In this document: positions 9,479 through 19,132 of the stretch, one piece after another | Layout of the letters: each line of letters begins with the position of its first letter | Position numbering within the stretch: the stretch's first letter is position 1 | Assembly (NCBI GenBank): GCA_041242255.1 | Contig: JBESAV010000001.1 | Location: 755,631 to 819,630, forward strand | Length of the DNA stretch: 64,000 bases | Origin: Candidatus Altimarinota bacterium | Lineage (GTDB): Bacteria > Patescibacteriota > Gracilibacteria > UBA1369 > GCA-2718715 | Direction: 5' to 3' | Notes under the pieces: generated by a model | Database searches by the model: none | What the model was told of the DNA's origin: nothing | What the model saw: only the letters and a program-made list of their open reading frames with translations | Position numbers and translations under genes: made by a program

Positions 9479-11250
9479 ATATTTTTAAACCGTATTATCA
9501 AACCAACACTCATAGAGAACAACAACAATAAAACCAAACCCGGACCAGTTTCAGATGTAGTATCTACGTCCGAAGCACCCATCAAACTTGTATTATCTGG
9601 TCTCCCAGGAGCCACAGATATAATATCACTCCCAGCTACCTCATTCCCATCCTGATCAACCGCAAATACTTGAAAATAATAATTAACCTCATTTTCTAGA
9701 TTAGGCACAAACCATTCAGGATTACTTCCTATTGTATCAACAAAAGAAGTAAGAGCAGTAGGGGATTCCCCGAACTTGATAGAGTAAAACAAAACATTAA
9801 CTCCTGCAGGAGCATTCCAGGTTAACCTAACACGCTTATCCAAAGACTCTCCTTGAAGACCTGTGATCTCCATACCACTACCTAGCAAACTATCATCTTC
9901 TTCTTGAACTTCACCACCAACAGTTATACTAACTCCCGTCTCTAAGGTTGAAGGATTACCAACATCATCGACAACCATTATATTAACAGGATACTGGCCA
10001 TTTGACACTGGAGCAGTAATTTGACCAGTATAAAAAGTCCCCGTTACATCTTGCTTAAACAAATCAGTACGAACTCCATTCAGCATAACAGAAGCAGAGT
10101 TTGCATTATTATTTAACTCTAGTTCAACATCAATTAACTCAACAGGCGCTACCTCCAATTTACTTAGCTCAAAGCTTCTTATAGACACTCCACCAGTTCT
10201 AATCTCAACATTATAGACTGAACTTAAAGTTTCATTAACTCTAAACTGAAACTCATACAATCCATCCTCAAGAGCTGGGAGGAGCTCAGTAAAAGAACCG
10301 TCAACTCCTGCATCAAAACTTACAAAATCAGCTCCACCTTCTAAAACCGTTACTTCAAGACCAGGCTCTGTAGTTCCTTTAACTAAAATTCTATTTTCAG
10401 AATAAACTGTAGAAGTAGGTGATTCTATTTGTAGCAACGTTTCTTCATCATTCAAAGCATCAGTATCTACAACCTCAACATTAAATTCAGCTGTAATATC
10501 TTCATCATCGACATCAGTGATTTTCAAAGTTTTCGTTCCAACACTATTAAATACCAACGATTCAACAAACCTATGTCTTCCAGCATCTTGCAAAACAAAA
10601 GTATAGTCATTAGGTGTGACAGCATTTGAGTCATTCAAAGCTTCTACCTTAATTGTTCCAGTATACGATACGTCATCTTCCTGGGCCTCATCAAGCGCTT
10701 GAACCGTAAAAGTTACAGGAGATTGAACTTCAACTACAGAAGGTAAATCTTCCACATCAAATCGATTCATTTCTGCTTGAGCTAAGAGTATTTCATCACC
10801 ACCAAAGCCAAACATATTAGCTCCCAACCATTTACTAATATCAAAATTATCTGATTCACCTGAAACAGACTCAACAACCATAAAACCGTCTCTCAATAAG
10901 ATTTCGCTGTATCTTTCACCTTGCTCAAGTAAAAACAAATCATAATTCCCAGATACATCCAAAAGTGAACTATCCAGTCTGTAAGGTGTTAAAGATTCAA
11001 TACTATCCATATCAACATCTTTAACTTTAACTAAACTAAGGTCAGGTTTTCTCAATGCTAAAAAATAATCTCCATTGTATTCTTCAGAACCCTCCCATCT
11101 CTCAAAAGAGTAAAAAGTATCTTCACCCAAAATAGTATCTACAACCTTCAACTCATACATGGAAGTAGCAAGAACAACTGAAAATGAATTAAAAAACAAA
11201 AACACAAATATAAAAAGTCCTTTTAAGCAAATCTTTTTCAAAATATACAA
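9475..11250 (-). CDS. Secreted multi-domain (Ig-like/FN3-like) surface protein with C-terminal anchor
   Basis: N-terminal signal peptide and beta-rich repeats. FN3-like RVRLTWNAPAG...YYFQVFAVD segment. C-terminal SETGPG, then hydrophobic helix, then RFK tail. Confidence 0.5.
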   Translation of the reverse strand: MYILKKICLKGLFIFVFLFFNSFSVVLATSMYELKVVDTILGEDTFYSFERWEGSEEYNGDYFLALRKPDLSLVKVKDVDMDSIESLTPYRLDSSLLDVSGNYDLFLLEQGERYSEILLRDGFMVVESVSGESDNFDISKWLGANMFGFGGDEILLAQAEMNRFDVEDLPSVVEVQSPVTFTVQALDEAQEDDVSYTGTIKVEALNDSNAVTPNDYTFVLQDAGRHRFVESLVFNSVGTKTLKITDVDDEDITAEFNVEVVDTDALNDEETLLQIESPTSTVYSENRILVKGTTEPGLEVTVLEGGADFVSFDAGVDGSFTELLPALEDGLYEFQFRVNETLSSVYNVEIRTGGVSIRSFELSKLEVAPVELIDVELELNNNANSASVMLNGVRTDLFKQDVTGTFYTGQITAPVSNGQYPVNIMVVDDVGNPSTLETGVSITVGGEVQEEDDSLLGSGMEITGLQGESLDKRVRLTWNAPAGVNVLFYSIKFGESPTALTSFVDTIGSNPEWFVPNLENEVNYYFQVFAVDQDGNEVAGSDIISVAPGRPDNTSLMGASDVDTTSETGPGLVLLLLFSMSVGLIIRFKNI

Positions 11251-11306
11251 TCTTAAATTATGCTCAAAGTATAGTTATTAATACTGAAATTATAACTTTA
11301 TTCTTG

Positions 11307-11335
11307 TTGTCATAAGACCAGTTTAGAGTTATAAT
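11307..11335 (+). promoter_or_regulatory. Near-consensus sigma70 promoter for the RsbW-STAS-PrsW operon
   Basis: TTGTCA (11307-11312), 17-nt spacer, TATAAT (11330-11335). Lies 20 nt upstream of the ATG at 11356. Confidence 0.5.
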
Positions 11336-11355
11336 ATATAGATAAATCATTACTC

Positions 11356-11877
11356 ATGAACAAACAACAAACGCCGAACACCCCAACGGAGATCAAAATT
11401 CAACTTCCTACGAATGCTTATTTTATGTCTGGAATTAGAGATTTCACCTTAGCTTTGATTCGAAATATGACTGATTTTTCGGAAACATGGGCTTATAGAT
11501 TTCAGTCAGTTGTTGATGAGTTATGCAATAATGCTATTGAACATGGTTCAGATAAAGACGATAAAATCCTCATTACATTTTTAACTAACCCAGATCAATC
11601 CATTCAAATCACAGTTGAGGATAATGGAACCAACCCAGAAGCCAAAACTGCTAAAGAAGTGCTAGAAGTTATGAACAAAAATAAAGATAAAAAATTAACT
11701 GAACTAGGAATAAGAGGTAGGGGGCTTGCTTTCATTGTTGATAAGTGGACCGATAAACTTGAAGTTGAAGATAGAGAAGGAGGAGGGCTTAGAGTCACAG
11801 TAACTAAAAACCTCCACGACCCAAAATTTCAAACTGAGGTAAACAATGATCCAACACATATAATCTTAAATAATTAA
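11356..11877 (+). CDS. Anti-sigma-factor-type serine kinase (RsbW/SpoIIAB-like, HATPase_c_2)
   Basis: ELCNNAIEHG (N-box) and GRGLAFI (G-box); size 173 aa. Immediately followed by a STAS gene. Confidence 0.65.
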   Translation: MNKQQTPNTPTEIKIQLPTNAYFMSGIRDFTLALIRNMTDFSETWAYRFQSVVDELCNNAIEHGSDKDDKILITFLTNPDQSIQITVEDNGTNPEAKTAKEVLEVMNKNKDKKLTELGIRGRGLAFIVDKWTDKLEVEDREGGGLRVTVTKNLHDPKFQTEVNNDPTHIILNN

Positions 11878-11878
11878 A

Positions 11879-12244
11879 ATGGCAGATATTACATATACAA
11901 TTTCAGACCTAATAAGTGTCCAATCAGATAAAAAAATCAAACTCATTACATTAGAGGGACAACTTGATGAATCAAATGTAGATGCATTTGCACCTAAAGT
12001 TTATGAAGTTATTGAAGCATTACCAGAAAACTCAAGCTTAATCATAGATTTTGAAAAAGTTTCTTATCTAAATAGTAAAAGTATTGGTTACATTTCAGAC
12101 TTTTTCACACAGCTTCAAGCTAAAAACTCAAAGTTAATTCTTGCCAAACCTGCAGCAAACATAAGAGATATCTTTAATGTTGTGGGACTTGACCAAGTTA
12201 TCAGCATAACTCAAACAATAGAAGAAGCTAAAAGCCTATCTTAA
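11879..12244 (+). CDS. STAS-domain anti-sigma-factor antagonist (SpoIIAA/RsbV-like)
   Basis: 121 aa. LEGQLDESNVDAF...VSYLNSKSIGYI layout with the conserved Ser position. Starts 1 nt after the kinase gene. Confidence 0.7.
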   Translation: MADITYTISDLISVQSDKKIKLITLEGQLDESNVDAFAPKVYEVIEALPENSSLIIDFEKVSYLNSKSIGYISDFFTQLQAKNSKLILAKPAANIRDIFNVVGLDQVISITQTIEEAKSLS

Positions 12245-13317
12245 TGCACCCAATCCTACAAAATCTACTTAGTATATTCCAAAACTTTAATACATTGAGT
12301 GTATTATTAGGTTTGTTTGCACCTCTAGTAGCTTTTTCAATTCTTCATTTCAAACTAAGAAGAGACAAAAACTACAAAACATTCATACTTATATTCCTCG
12401 GGGGTACACTTACAGTTCTTCCTATTTTTCTATACCAACTTACCTACCAGTACCTCATTAGTACTGCCACTATTCCAGACTTTGTAGGTTCAATAAAAAC
12501 TTCTCTAGCAAGTAGAAATATTGCCTACTGGTCAATTCTATTCTACATATTCATAGCCCTAACAGAAGAATTTATTAAATTCTTTGTAGTAAAGAAACTA
12601 GACAAAAGAAATCCAGAACTTATCACAACAATCAACGACGCCCTAAAACTAGGTATTGCAGCAGGGCTAGGTTTTGCTTTTGCAGAAAACATAAAATACT
12701 TTTCAGATTACACTAGCTTAGGAATTGGAACTTCATACAAAGGTTTAATCACACTATTTATTGGCCGAACCTTTATAACAACAGTTGGTCACACTATGTT
12801 CACATGCATATTTACTTACTACTACGGAATATCTAAATTTGCTAAAGACTTTTTAGATTTTGAAAAACTACAGGGAAAATTTGTACAACCATCTGACTAC
12901 GAAAAATTCCGTAAAAAATATGTCCTAAAAGGTTTTCTAATAAGTTTAATAATACATGCTTTATTCAACTTATCCTTAGAGTTACCTAAAATAGTTAATT
13001 CACCAAACATTCCACTTCAAAACCTTAAAACAATCAGCCAACTATCCGCAATTGGACTAATAGTTATGATGGTAATATATGTCTCATTCTTACTGCAAAG
13101 AAAAACAGGAAACCTCACCTTTATCTTAGCCGATAAATACAGGTCTAGCATGGCTGCTAAAGACGAAGAGGTCATTTTAGAGCTTATAGGTATGTGGTAC
13201 AAAGAGGGGAGATACAAAGAAGTTCAAGAAATATGTGAACGCCTACTTAAAAGAGACCCAGACAATAATGTAGTTAAACTATTCAAAGCTCATGCCACTG
13301 ACAAACTAGCCGAGTAA
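12244..13317 (+). CDS. PrsW-family intramembrane metalloprotease with C-terminal TPR-like tail
   Basis: EEFIKFFVVK, GFAFAENIKY and HTMFT motifs on a polytopic membrane core. Start overlaps the STAS stop (ATG/TAA overlap at 12244). Confidence 0.7.
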   Translation: MHPILQNLLSIFQNFNTLSVLLGLFAPLVAFSILHFKLRRDKNYKTFILIFLGGTLTVLPIFLYQLTYQYLISTATIPDFVGSIKTSLASRNIAYWSILFYIFIALTEEFIKFFVVKKLDKRNPELITTINDALKLGIAAGLGFAFAENIKYFSDYTSLGIGTSYKGLITLFIGRTFITTVGHTMFTCIFTYYYGISKFAKDFLDFEKLQGKFVQPSDYEKFRKKYVLKGFLISLIIHALFNLSLELPKIVNSPNIPLQNLKTISQLSAIGLIVMMVIYVSFLLQRKTGNLTFILADKYRSSMAAKDEEVILELIGMWYKEGRYKEVQEICERLLKRDPDNNVVKLFKAHATDKLAE

Positions 13318-13368
13318 CCGCTTGCAAATCTAAAACTATCCACTAGTATTTAAGAAAATAAGTGGATT

Positions 13369-14475
13369 ATGAAAGTTGCATTAGTTACAGATTGGCTTAC
13401 ATCAAGGGGGGGAGCAGAGGAGGTAGTTTTAGATATGTTAGAAGTTTACCCTGATGCTCATATATATACATCAGTTTTTAAACCTAAAAACTTTCCAGAA
13501 CTTAAAGACAAAAAAGTTATAACATCTTTTATACAAAAACTCCCACTACTCAATCGCAAACATCAAATAGCTATATCTTTAATGCCTTTAGCTTTTGAAA
13601 ATTTTGACCTTTCTTCATACGACATGATTATTTCTTCAAGCGTTGCCTGTTCTAAAGGAGTAATTACCAAACCAGAAACTCTACATGTTTCTTATTGCCA
13701 TACTCCCATGAGATTCGTATGGAATGATTGTCATAACTATATTAAAAACTTCCCACTTCCAAATTTCATCAAAAAACTAGCCACAAACCAATTGCATAAA
13801 CTAAGAATGTGGGACTACCTTGCAAGCCAAAGAGTTGATCAGTTTTTTGCTAATTCTGAAAATGTAAGAAAAAGAATAAAAAAATATTATAAGCAGGATT
13901 CAATAGTAATTCATCCAGGTACAAAAATCTCTTCAAAAAATCACCCTAAGCCAAAAGAATCTAATTACTATATTGCAGTTGGTAGATTAATCTCATACAA
14001 AAGGTTTGATCTAATCATAAAAGCCTTTAATCAAAACAAGAAAAACCTAATCATTATAGGAGATGGAAATATGACAAAAAAACTCCATAAACTAAACACC
14101 AATCCCAATACTAAATTCCTAGGCTTTGTTGATAACGAAACTAAAAACCAATACCTACAGCACGCAAATGCTTTAATCTTCCCTCAAGAAGAAGATTTCG
14201 GAATAACTCCACTAGAAGCCCAATCATTTGGAACTCCTGTTATAGCCCTCGATAAAGGTGGCGCTAAAGAAACTGTCTCAGATCAAACTGGTGTCTTTTT
14301 TCAAAACCAAACAACACAAGATTTAAACCAAGCCATTCAAGAATTTGAAGTGAGGAAATTCAACAAAAATATTATCAAGGAACACGCAAAAACTTTCTCC
14401 AAGCAAATCTTTCAAAACAAACTAAAATCAAATCTAGAAAAAGCTTATGCCAAACACAAAAAAGAAATGGCATAA
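13369..14475 (+). CDS. Glycosyltransferase family 4 (GT-B, group 1)
   Basis: C-terminal EDFGITPLEAQSFGTPVIA (E-x7-E region) and GT-B length of 368 aa. Confidence 0.75.
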   Translation: MKVALVTDWLTSRGGAEEVVLDMLEVYPDAHIYTSVFKPKNFPELKDKKVITSFIQKLPLLNRKHQIAISLMPLAFENFDLSSYDMIISSSVACSKGVITKPETLHVSYCHTPMRFVWNDCHNYIKNFPLPNFIKKLATNQLHKLRMWDYLASQRVDQFFANSENVRKRIKKYYKQDSIVIHPGTKISSKNHPKPKESNYYIAVGRLISYKRFDLIIKAFNQNKKNLIIIGDGNMTKKLHKLNTNPNTKFLGFVDNETKNQYLQHANALIFPQEEDFGITPLEAQSFGTPVIALDKGGAKETVSDQTGVFFQNQTTQDLNQAIQEFEVRKFNKNIIKEHAKTFSKQIFQNKLKSNLEKAYAKHKKEMA

Positions 14476-15502
14476 GAATCATCTAGTCATTGATCTTAGA
14501 GCACTCCAAGACTTCAAACATAACGGCGTTACAAAATCATCTTACTACTGGATAAACGAGCTTATAAAACAATCAAAGTCAGATGAACCTATAACCCTTT
14601 GGACAAACTCAAAAGATCACAAAGAATTACCACAACATTGGCTTACAAAAAAGAATGTAAACCACATACATACATGCTATGGAAACTTTATCTTAAGCAT
14701 CTTGTGGTATTTAAATCTTGGGCCAAAATTATCAAAAATCCTAAAACTGAATTCAAAATTCATCTTGTTTTCACCTGACATTAGACCAAGACCACATGAT
14801 AACTACCTCAAAACAATTCAATACTTTCACGACATTGCATTTTTGAAATTTCCAAATCAATTTTCCCTCAAATCCAGATTATTATTTTTTTTAAGCAAAC
14901 CTAAAAAACTTTTCTTCGAATCAGATTTAATACTCACAAATTCAAAATTTACTAAATCAGAACTAACAAATCACTTCAATGAATCAAAAAAAATTAAAAT
15001 TATTCACCCAACTTTACCAAAGAAACTTCCAACAAAAACAACTAAACTCCCGTTCCAAAATTACTATCTCTCTATTTCAACAATTCAAAAAAGAAAAGAC
15101 TTCAAGTCATTAATTCAAAAATTCACAAACAGCAACCAAAACTTATTAATCATTGGACAAGTAGATGCGACGTTCACCAAAACAAAATTACAAAAATCTA
15201 ACAATATAAAAATACTGTCCAATATATCTGATAAAGAAAAACACTTCTTAATACGAAACTCTATTGCCACAATTTACCCCAGCAACTACGAAGGTTTTGG
15301 TCTCCCAATACTGGAAAGCATTAGACTAAAAAAAGAAGTTTACTGCAAAGCAATCCCACCTTTCAAATCATTATTCAAGAACCAAACTACAGATCTATCA
15401 CAACTCTTCAAAATTAAACCAAAAGAAATTTCTAAACCAAACTTATTCCCATTGAAAAAAGAAATACGAAAACTAAAAAGAAACATCTACAACCTTGACT
15501 AA
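14447..15502 (+). CDS. Glycosyltransferase, group 1 (divergent)
   Basis: YPSNYEGFGLPILES motif. 29-nt overlap with the upstream GT gene. Confidence 0.55.
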   Translation: MPNTKKKWHKNHLVIDLRALQDFKHNGVTKSSYYWINELIKQSKSDEPITLWTNSKDHKELPQHWLTKKNVNHIHTCYGNFILSILWYLNLGPKLSKILKLNSKFILFSPDIRPRPHDNYLKTIQYFHDIAFLKFPNQFSLKSRLLFFLSKPKKLFFESDLILTNSKFTKSELTNHFNESKKIKIIHPTLPKKLPTKTTKLPFQNYYLSISTIQKRKDFKSLIQKFTNSNQNLLIIGQVDATFTKTKLQKSNNIKILSNISDKEKHFLIRNSIATIYPSNYEGFGLPILESIRLKKEVYCKAIPPFKSLFKNQTTDLSQLFKIKPKEISKPNLFPLKKEIRKLKRNIYNLD

Positions 15503-15546
15503 AGTCGTCAAACCACATATAGTTTCCTCTTAATTTAATAGAATAA

Positions 15547-17706
15547 ATGTTTAAAAAATTCAAAACACAAATCGCCACCCTAACGTCACTAGCCATAATC
15601 CTAGTTCCTTCATTAATCATGGCCAGTCCTTTTAGCTCGGACAGCAGTTTGGAAGTTTTCCCATACAACCAAACTCTAACTTTCGAAACAACAACCAACA
15701 CAAAAGCAACACAAGCTTTTAGTATTAAAAACACATCAGATAGAGAAAAAACTATTTACGTTCAACAATATCCAAAAAATGGTTTCCAATACCTTGGGTC
15801 TTCTTACATAGTCATACCTGCAAACTCAAGTTCATACATATCAGTTAACTTCAAATCTGCAGAAACTGGAAATTTTGATTCTATTATGAGAATCCAACAT
15901 AACGACACAAAAGAAACAAAAAATATAAATCTATCAGCAACAGTTTACTCTAACACTAACAATAACGGAGTATCAGTATCAGAAACCAGCATAAATTTTG
16001 GAGAAAAAACCTCAGGAAGCAACTCAACAACAGACATCCAAATTAGAAATAACAATTCATTTCCAATCAACATCTCGACAAGCCAACTTAAACAACCTTT
16101 CCGAGTAATCTCTCATCCTACTAAACTAGACGCTTACCAAACTGGAATAATAACAGTAGAATTTTCACCTGAAAACAAAGGTAGCTTTAGTCAAAACTTT
16201 ACAGTTAACACATCTGATCCATCTCGAAATACTATCAACATGATAGTTAAAGGCTCATCAAATTCAGATAACAATACTTCCGAAAGCAAAGAGGGAAGTC
16301 TAAATTTATCTTCCAATAGAGTTATCTTCAATCAAACATCAAGCAACTCAAGTACAAGCAAAAAAGTAACTATAAGCAATCCAAACTCATTTGATGTAGA
16401 AGTTAAACTTCCATCAAATATACAAAAACCATTCACAGCCAAACTTCAAAATGCAACTGGTCGCACCACAGTTATAAAAGCCAGATCATCTAAAACATTA
16501 ACTGTTACCTTCCAACCAACTCAAAACCAATACTACGAACAAGATATTATTCTATCCACCGATCTAAAAAACAACAAAACTTACGAGATACAAGTACAGG
16601 CTAATTCTAGATATAGAAATGATAACCCTAATCAGCCAAACCCTCCAATCCCATACAATCCAAATCCTCAAAGTCCATACACTTCATTAGAGGTAACTCG
16701 AAATAACCTAAATCCAGATCTAAATCAGATTGCATATTTCAATTTTAATTTTGGTCAAGAATTCCAAACACAAAATTCAGCAACACTATCTATTAAAGAT
16801 ACAAAAAACAATCAAACTATATATTCTCAATCCGCAAATAATCTTCCAAATGGTAGAAATAACTGGAAACTATCTTGGAATGGTAAAAACTATAATAGTA
16901 ATAGTGTTTTAGAAGGCAACTACGAATATACAGTCACACTATCTTCACGAAGTGGATATCAAAAAAACTACCAAGGTTCTATCAACGTAGTTCGAAATCC
17001 TTCTCACATGCCAGTTAACATAACCTCAAATGTCATCCAAGACAAAAAGTGTCTTAGCTACACTGATGTAAAATATGATTCAAATCTATGTGATGCAATT
17101 ATATTTGCCGATGACCAAAACCTATTAAAAAATAATCAAACAATATTCACTAAAGATAAAGAGGTTACTAGAGCCCAAGCTCTCTCATCTTTAGTAAAAC
17201 TATTTGATTTAAAAATGCAAAAATACAATCCAAACATTGATGGTTCATTAGGGTTTACAGATATAGAATCAAATAATTGGATTCTTCCATTCATAAAAAC
17301 TATACAATTCTATGACAAGGATAATATGATCCTATCAGGATATGAAAACAAAGACCTAGAAAAAGAATTTAGACCTGAACAAATCATAACAAGAGGAGAG
17401 CTTTATAAATTATTCTTCGAGATAGCCAACCTAGAAACCCAAGCGAAAAACAATTATTTAATGGACTACTACCTAACCCAGAGGCCATTCCAGGATACAG
17501 CTGTAGACTCAAACTATGATTGGTACACACCATATGCAGGACTTGCACTAGAGCAGCTAAACAATAGTAACTTCACTAAAAAATACTTTGGATCGTTTAG
17601 TATCAATCCATATACTAAGTTCTGCGCCCATCAAGAGGTAGACAAAGAAGAGTTCTTCGAACTTATATACGAAGCACACAAAACAAGAACAATACGATTC
17701 AACTAG
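15547..17706 (+). CDS. Large secreted protein: PapD/Ig-like repeats, FlgD-Ig-like domain, SLH-like C-terminal repeats
   Basis: Has a signal peptide. Shows a repeated 'F.I.N.S....I' beta-sandwich pattern, a P/N-rich linker (NPNQPNPPIPYNPNPQSPY) and an EGNYEYTVT FlgD-Ig-like motif. C-terminal FTDI..NW...FI...TRGELYKLF is SLH-like. Confidence 0.5.
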   Translation: MFKKFKTQIATLTSLAIILVPSLIMASPFSSDSSLEVFPYNQTLTFETTTNTKATQAFSIKNTSDREKTIYVQQYPKNGFQYLGSSYIVIPANSSSYISVNFKSAETGNFDSIMRIQHNDTKETKNINLSATVYSNTNNNGVSVSETSINFGEKTSGSNSTTDIQIRNNNSFPINISTSQLKQPFRVISHPTKLDAYQTGIITVEFSPENKGSFSQNFTVNTSDPSRNTINMIVKGSSNSDNNTSESKEGSLNLSSNRVIFNQTSSNSSTSKKVTISNPNSFDVEVKLPSNIQKPFTAKLQNATGRTTVIKARSSKTLTVTFQPTQNQYYEQDIILSTDLKNNKTYEIQVQANSRYRNDNPNQPNPPIPYNPNPQSPYTSLEVTRNNLNPDLNQIAYFNFNFGQEFQTQNSATLSIKDTKNNQTIYSQSANNLPNGRNNWKLSWNGKNYNSNSVLEGNYEYTVTLSSRSGYQKNYQGSINVVRNPSHMPVNITSNVIQDKKCLSYTDVKYDSNLCDAIIFADDQNLLKNNQTIFTKDKEVTRAQALSSLVKLFDLKMQKYNPNIDGSLGFTDIESNNWILPFIKTIQFYDKDNMILSGYENKDLEKEFRPEQIITRGELYKLFFEIANLETQAKNNYLMDYYLTQRPFQDTAVDSNYDWYTPYAGLALEQLNNSNFTKKYFGSFSINPYTKFCAHQEVDKEEFFELIYEAHKTRTIRFN

Positions 17707-17711
17707 ATTCC

Positions 17712-17747
17712 AAAGCCTACTTACTTAGTAGGCTTTTTTCTTTTTTT
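17712..17747 (+). terminator. Rho-independent terminator (possibly bidirectional) between 15547-17706 and der
   Basis: 10-bp perfect stem AAAGCCTACT / AGTAGGCTTT (17712-17721 and 17727-17736) with loop TACTT, followed by a T-run. The hairpin overlaps the last codons of der. Confidence 0.55.
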
Positions 17748-19046
17748 ACTATCTTTGTATTTCACACTTATTGCTGTTCCGTTAAAACCAAACTTTTCTC
17801 GGATCTTATTTTCGATATACCTTTGATATGAAAAGTGTAGATCATCAGCTCCTTTAGCAAATACCAAAAATGTAGGTGGTTCAATATCAACTTGCTCAGC
17901 AAACTTAAATCTTACACCTTCACCTGGATAATGCTCTTGAAAAACATTCTCCATAAAGTAATTCAAATCTCTAGTAGGCACCTTAACCTGTCTTTCTTTT
18001 TTAATGTTAGCAGATATCTCCAAAATCTTTTCAGTATTTTTACCTGAAAGAGCTGAAGTGAAAATCACAGGTGCAAAGTATGCAAAAGGCATCTTTTTAT
18101 GCAATTGATACATAATTCTATTTTTCTCCTCTGGTTTCACTAAGTCAGCTTTATTTAAAACAATAATTAAACCTTTCTTAGCCTCCAATACATACTGTGC
18201 AACTCTCAAGTCTTGCTTCTTCAAAGGCTCACTACAATCCATTGTCAGAACACCAATATCGGCTTCCTCAAGAGACTGTAAACTTCTAATCACACTGTAT
18301 TTCTCTATCTTTGAGAACCTTAACTTACCACGCTTTCTAATACCTGCAGTATCTATTAGCACGTAGTCATTATCCTCGTACTTGAATGGCATGTAAACTG
18401 AGTCTCTAGTGGTACCAGAAACATCTGAAACTAAAACCTTATCTTCACCAAACAAACTATTCATCAAAGATGATTTACCTACATTAGGTCGTCCAATAAA
18501 ACAAAGTTTGGTTGCAGAATCGTATTCATGATCAACCTCATACTCAAAACTATCAACTAAATCTTCAAGCCTATACCATAGATCTTCTAAACCTTTCTTA
18601 TGTATAGCTGAAACTTTAGCAAAATCATCAAATCCTAAACGATGCATTTCATGTATATACTCTTCAGAAAGCTGGTTATCTATTTTAGTACCAACTAAAA
18701 TAACCTTCTTACCAGACTTTCTTAGTATATTTGCAACTTCTTGATCATCAGAACTAAGTGGCTTAGTAGAATCAACTACAAACATGATTGCATCCGCTTC
18801 TTCAATCGCTACGAGACTTTGTCTTTTAATGTCAAAATCAATACTATCCTTATCAGAGGAAAAGTCTAAACCACCAGTATCTACTAAAAGAAATTTCTTC
18901 CCACGAAGCTCCATATTCTCAAAAACTCTATCTCTAGTAGTACCAGCCTCATCAAATGTAATAGATTTCTTTTTTCCGATAAGTCTATTAAACAATGTTG
19001 ATTTTCCAGTATTTGGTTTCCCAACAATCGCTATAATTGGTAACAT
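17721..19046 (-). CDS. der: Ribosome-associated GTPase Der/EngA
   Basis: Two tandem GTPase domains (GKPNTGKSTLFNRL and GRPNVGKSSLMNSL, DTGG/DTAG, NKID/NKAD) plus a KH-like C-terminus. Confidence 0.95.
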   Translation of the reverse strand: MLPIIAIVGKPNTGKSTLFNRLIGKKKSITFDEAGTTRDRVFENMELRGKKFLLVDTGGLDFSSDKDSIDFDIKRQSLVAIEEADAIMFVVDSTKPLSSDDQEVANILRKSGKKVILVGTKIDNQLSEEYIHEMHRLGFDDFAKVSAIHKKGLEDLWYRLEDLVDSFEYEVDHEYDSATKLCFIGRPNVGKSSLMNSLFGEDKVLVSDVSGTTRDSVYMPFKYEDNDYVLIDTAGIRKRGKLRFSKIEKYSVIRSLQSLEEADIGVLTMDCSEPLKKQDLRVAQYVLEAKKGLIIVLNKADLVKPEEKNRIMYQLHKKMPFAYFAPVIFTSALSGKNTEKILEISANIKKERQVKVPTRDLNYFMENVFQEHYPGEGVRFKFAEQVDIEPPTFLVFAKGADDLHFSYQRYIENKIREKFGFNGTAISVKYKDSKKRKKPTK

Positions 19047-19132
19047 ATAAGTAACATTTATTTCCCTAACTATAACACATTTTTTCTAAATTGCTACCCA
19101 TATACATGTGTTATGATTAATGCTATAATAAT

